A stretch of 64,000 nucleotides of DNA from Phoronis australis (taxonomy: Eukaryota; Animalia; Phoronida): contig NMRA01000029.1 of NCBI GenBank assembly GCA_002633005.1, positions 450,956 through 514,955 on the forward strand. The letters are read 5' to 3'. The stretch's first letter is position 1; every line of letters begins with the position of its first letter. Both the position numbers and the translations under genes were made by a program. This document shows, piece after piece, positions 61,501-64,000 of this stretch. The notes beneath the pieces were generated by a model. That model had not been told where the DNA came from and ran no database searches. It was given only the letters and a program-made list of their open reading frames with translations.

Positions 61501-62654
61501 ACACACCTTCTTTTATTAGTCTAATATTGACCGCGTATGTCATAAGCGTTATCACAATTGTGCAAAAATAAAAATGCCTTACGTTTTTCCTCACACGCTC
61601 CAAAACGAACCACGCACAACTTAGAATAAATTATTGTTCGGGTGCACGTTCAATTGCTGGATGTTGCTTTCCAGCCTTTGGTCGGTTGCCAAACGACTTC
61701 TGAAATAGTGTCTGGCTAGTTTCAAGCAATCAGTTCTCTCTGTCAAGGAGAATTTCAACATCCGTTCCTTGTGTTGCGTACATTTTGAAGACAGGTCATT
61801 ATTAAGAGGCATTTTAGATGTGGTATAATGTCCTTTAGTCGTGTTCTAAGGTATGTGTGTATATGTAGTTAGCCATTTGTTCGTCTTCCAACTTCACATG
61901 CGCTTAAGCTCCTGCGTGAATTTCACATTTGAGATCGATAATTTTTAAAAAGCGTTAGGTTTGTGTATCAACAGCGAAATGTCACTCAGTATATCGATGG
62001 AGAATATAACACGTCCAGTGGCAAAGTAAGACACGGAAAATTATAAGTAAACTCTTTTCTCACATGACCTGGAATGTGTTATGACACGACTGGTTTATGA
62101 CACCGAGTAAGTATTTTTGATATTACATGAGCAAATCACAAAACAGTGCAAAGTAGAAGTCCATACGCCTTACATTTTATCGTCTGCAAACCCTAAAACA
62201 ACCAAACGCGCGCCAACCAAACAATGCCGGAATTCCGAGAAGGTGACAAGCATAGATATCACATACACCAGGCGCGCGTCACTCAGATGTTCGTGCAGCT
62301 CGCGTTGTCAATATGACGCCATATTGGAGAGTGCTTCACAGAACAAAAATGGCGGAAAACACTGCGAGCCCTACGGCATCAGTCAGGAAGTGCGGGGGCT
62401 CGCAGTGTTATGCCTTCAGCCAAAGAGTTAGTTTTTTTAGTCCTGTCATTGAGTCATGGGTTTTTTGGTTCGGCCATGGAGTTTAGTGGTGCTGCAACTA
62501 GGTTTTAATGTTCTGCCACCATAGTTTAAGCGGAGCGACTATATGCGTTGTTTCCGCATCAGTCTTGGTGATTTAGACCAATTAAAAAGATACTTGTTGA
62601 CCACCATATGCTGTTATCCAATAAAGGTGCTGTTTGCTAATTATATTTAAGTAA

Positions 62655-63041
62655 GTTCGATAATTGCTCTAATCTCCAGTAACATCATATCTAGCCTGAC
62701 TGGGCTGTGCTGCTAAAAACAAAAGTTAAGTTATAACATATTTGAACATAAACCAATAGCATTTCTGATATCCTCGTCAAATGGTGATCATGTTTTTTAG
62801 TTTTTGAATTTCCAAAATCGCCCAACTACAACTGAAGTTACGACAATCTATTCTTTAAATGCCGGTATCAATTCGCTCTGGGTTTGACTGTGTTCACACG
62901 TGGTCTGGTAGATAATTGACCTGTCTGTTGTCATAACAGACAAAATACTATGCTTGGCACTTAACAAAGAAGCTAGATGTTATCACACGCTCACAACCTT
63001 CTACGTCTGGTAAAGTAACTGAACGGAAAGACGCCGTCATG
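62655..63041. mobile_element. Truncated second copy of the 63356-63868 MITE
   Basis: Colinear with 63486-63868 and keeps the right TIR ACTGAACGGAAAGACGCCGTCATG. Confidence 0.75.
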
Positions 63042-63355
63042 GGGAGCGGGGCTGATCTCTTTGTAAGCACGGTGTGGGGATACTACAATTACACGGTGTG
63101 GGGATACTACATGTCGCCAACAATTAAGTGCCTGGTGCTTTATCGGGGGCGGGGGACTTCGGAACCGTGAGAGAGGAATACCGTGCGTGAGAGAAGAATA
63201 TTTGTAATAATATAATTTTTCATTTATTGTACATCGTAAGCTTTGCCTACTCATACAAAATACATAAATTCAAACGTATAGAGAAGAATATTTGTACGTT
63301 GGCAATTCCGAGCGAAGCACAGGAAAGGAACTGAGTCTGTATTCTTTGCTTTTTA

Positions 63356-63868
63356 CATTACGGCGTTCTCCCGTTAAGTTCTACATCACAACAAATTGGG
63401 CGGATGACCGCTGTAGCCAATATCTTACACTGACGACGGATCAAGTCCATTCTGGCAATTAGGGTTGGAGGGTCAGCTCTCTTTTGTTCGATAATTGCTT
63501 TAATCTCCGATAAGATCGTATCTTACATCCTCACTGGGCAATGTGCTGTTAAAAACAAGTAAAGTTATAAAATGTTTAAACATAAACCAATGAGATTTCT
63601 GAATTGCCCATCAAATAGTGATCTAGCTTAAAGTTTTTGAATCACCAAAATCGCCCAACTATAATCGAAGTTACCGTCTATTCTGTCCGAACGTACCAAC
63701 GTACTGGGTTTGACTGTGTTCACATATGATCGGTTATGAGCCTGGTAGATAATTTATCTGTATGTTGCCCTACCAGACAAAAGACTATGCTTGGCAGTTA
63801 AGAAAGGAGTTAGGTATTATCACACGCTTACATGCAACCTCTGTACTGAACGGGAGAACGCCCTAATG
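63356..63868. mobile_element. MITE of about 510 bp with 24-bp TIRs
   Basis: Ends CATTACGGCGTTCTCCCGTTAAGT and ACTGAACGGGAGAACGCCCTAATG. Confidence 0.8.
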
Positions 63869-64000
63869 AACTTTAAAAACCCGCCAATTATTTAAATGAC
63901 CCCAATGAGGTCATTTTCGCAGTATTTCACATTGAATTTAGACCCCATTAAAAGCGACCCGGGTCATATTTTAATTTTACAAAGTTACCCGGGTCATTTT

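Noticed and set aside
60900-61830. Possible decayed P-element-like transposase (GIVR...GGANEFIAA)
   Set aside because: The similarity is too short and interrupted to support by eye.

Overview
This is AT-rich, repeat-dense eukaryotic genomic DNA with spliceosomal introns and one 97-N gap. A marine invertebrate, plausibly a lophotrochozoan, is my inference from the gene content. Two multi-exon minus-strand genes can be rebuilt by hand with GT-AG junctions whose phases all agree. (1) A 4-exon, 343-aa homologue of squid diisopropyl-fluorophosphatase (DFPase; SMP-30/gluconolactonase six-bladed propeller family), 36702-20225. It has a signal peptide, keeps the four catalytic Ca2+ ligands and appears to lack the structural Ca2+ site. 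(2) A 6-exon, about 825-aa type I membrane protein, 53719-39011: signal peptide, EGF-laminin-like, putative lectin-like, degenerate EGF, FN3-like, TM helix and a long non-catalytic tail. The rest is mostly decayed mobile DNA: a Sola3-like element, two ISL2EU-like copies with SAP/YqaJ and THAP relics, a HERO-type LINE fragment, head-to-head Penelope fragments with hammerhead-like motifs, a solo LTR with heat-shock elements, 5-bp-TSD and Harbinger-like MITEs, and several tandem arrays. I found no convincing wholly new multi-gene system. The most notable signals are the remodelled secreted DFPase, repeated TA->TACATGTA insertions resembling Tc1/mariner excision footprints, and hammerhead-like motifs. 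All assignments come from manual reading and recalled family motifs, not from database searches.
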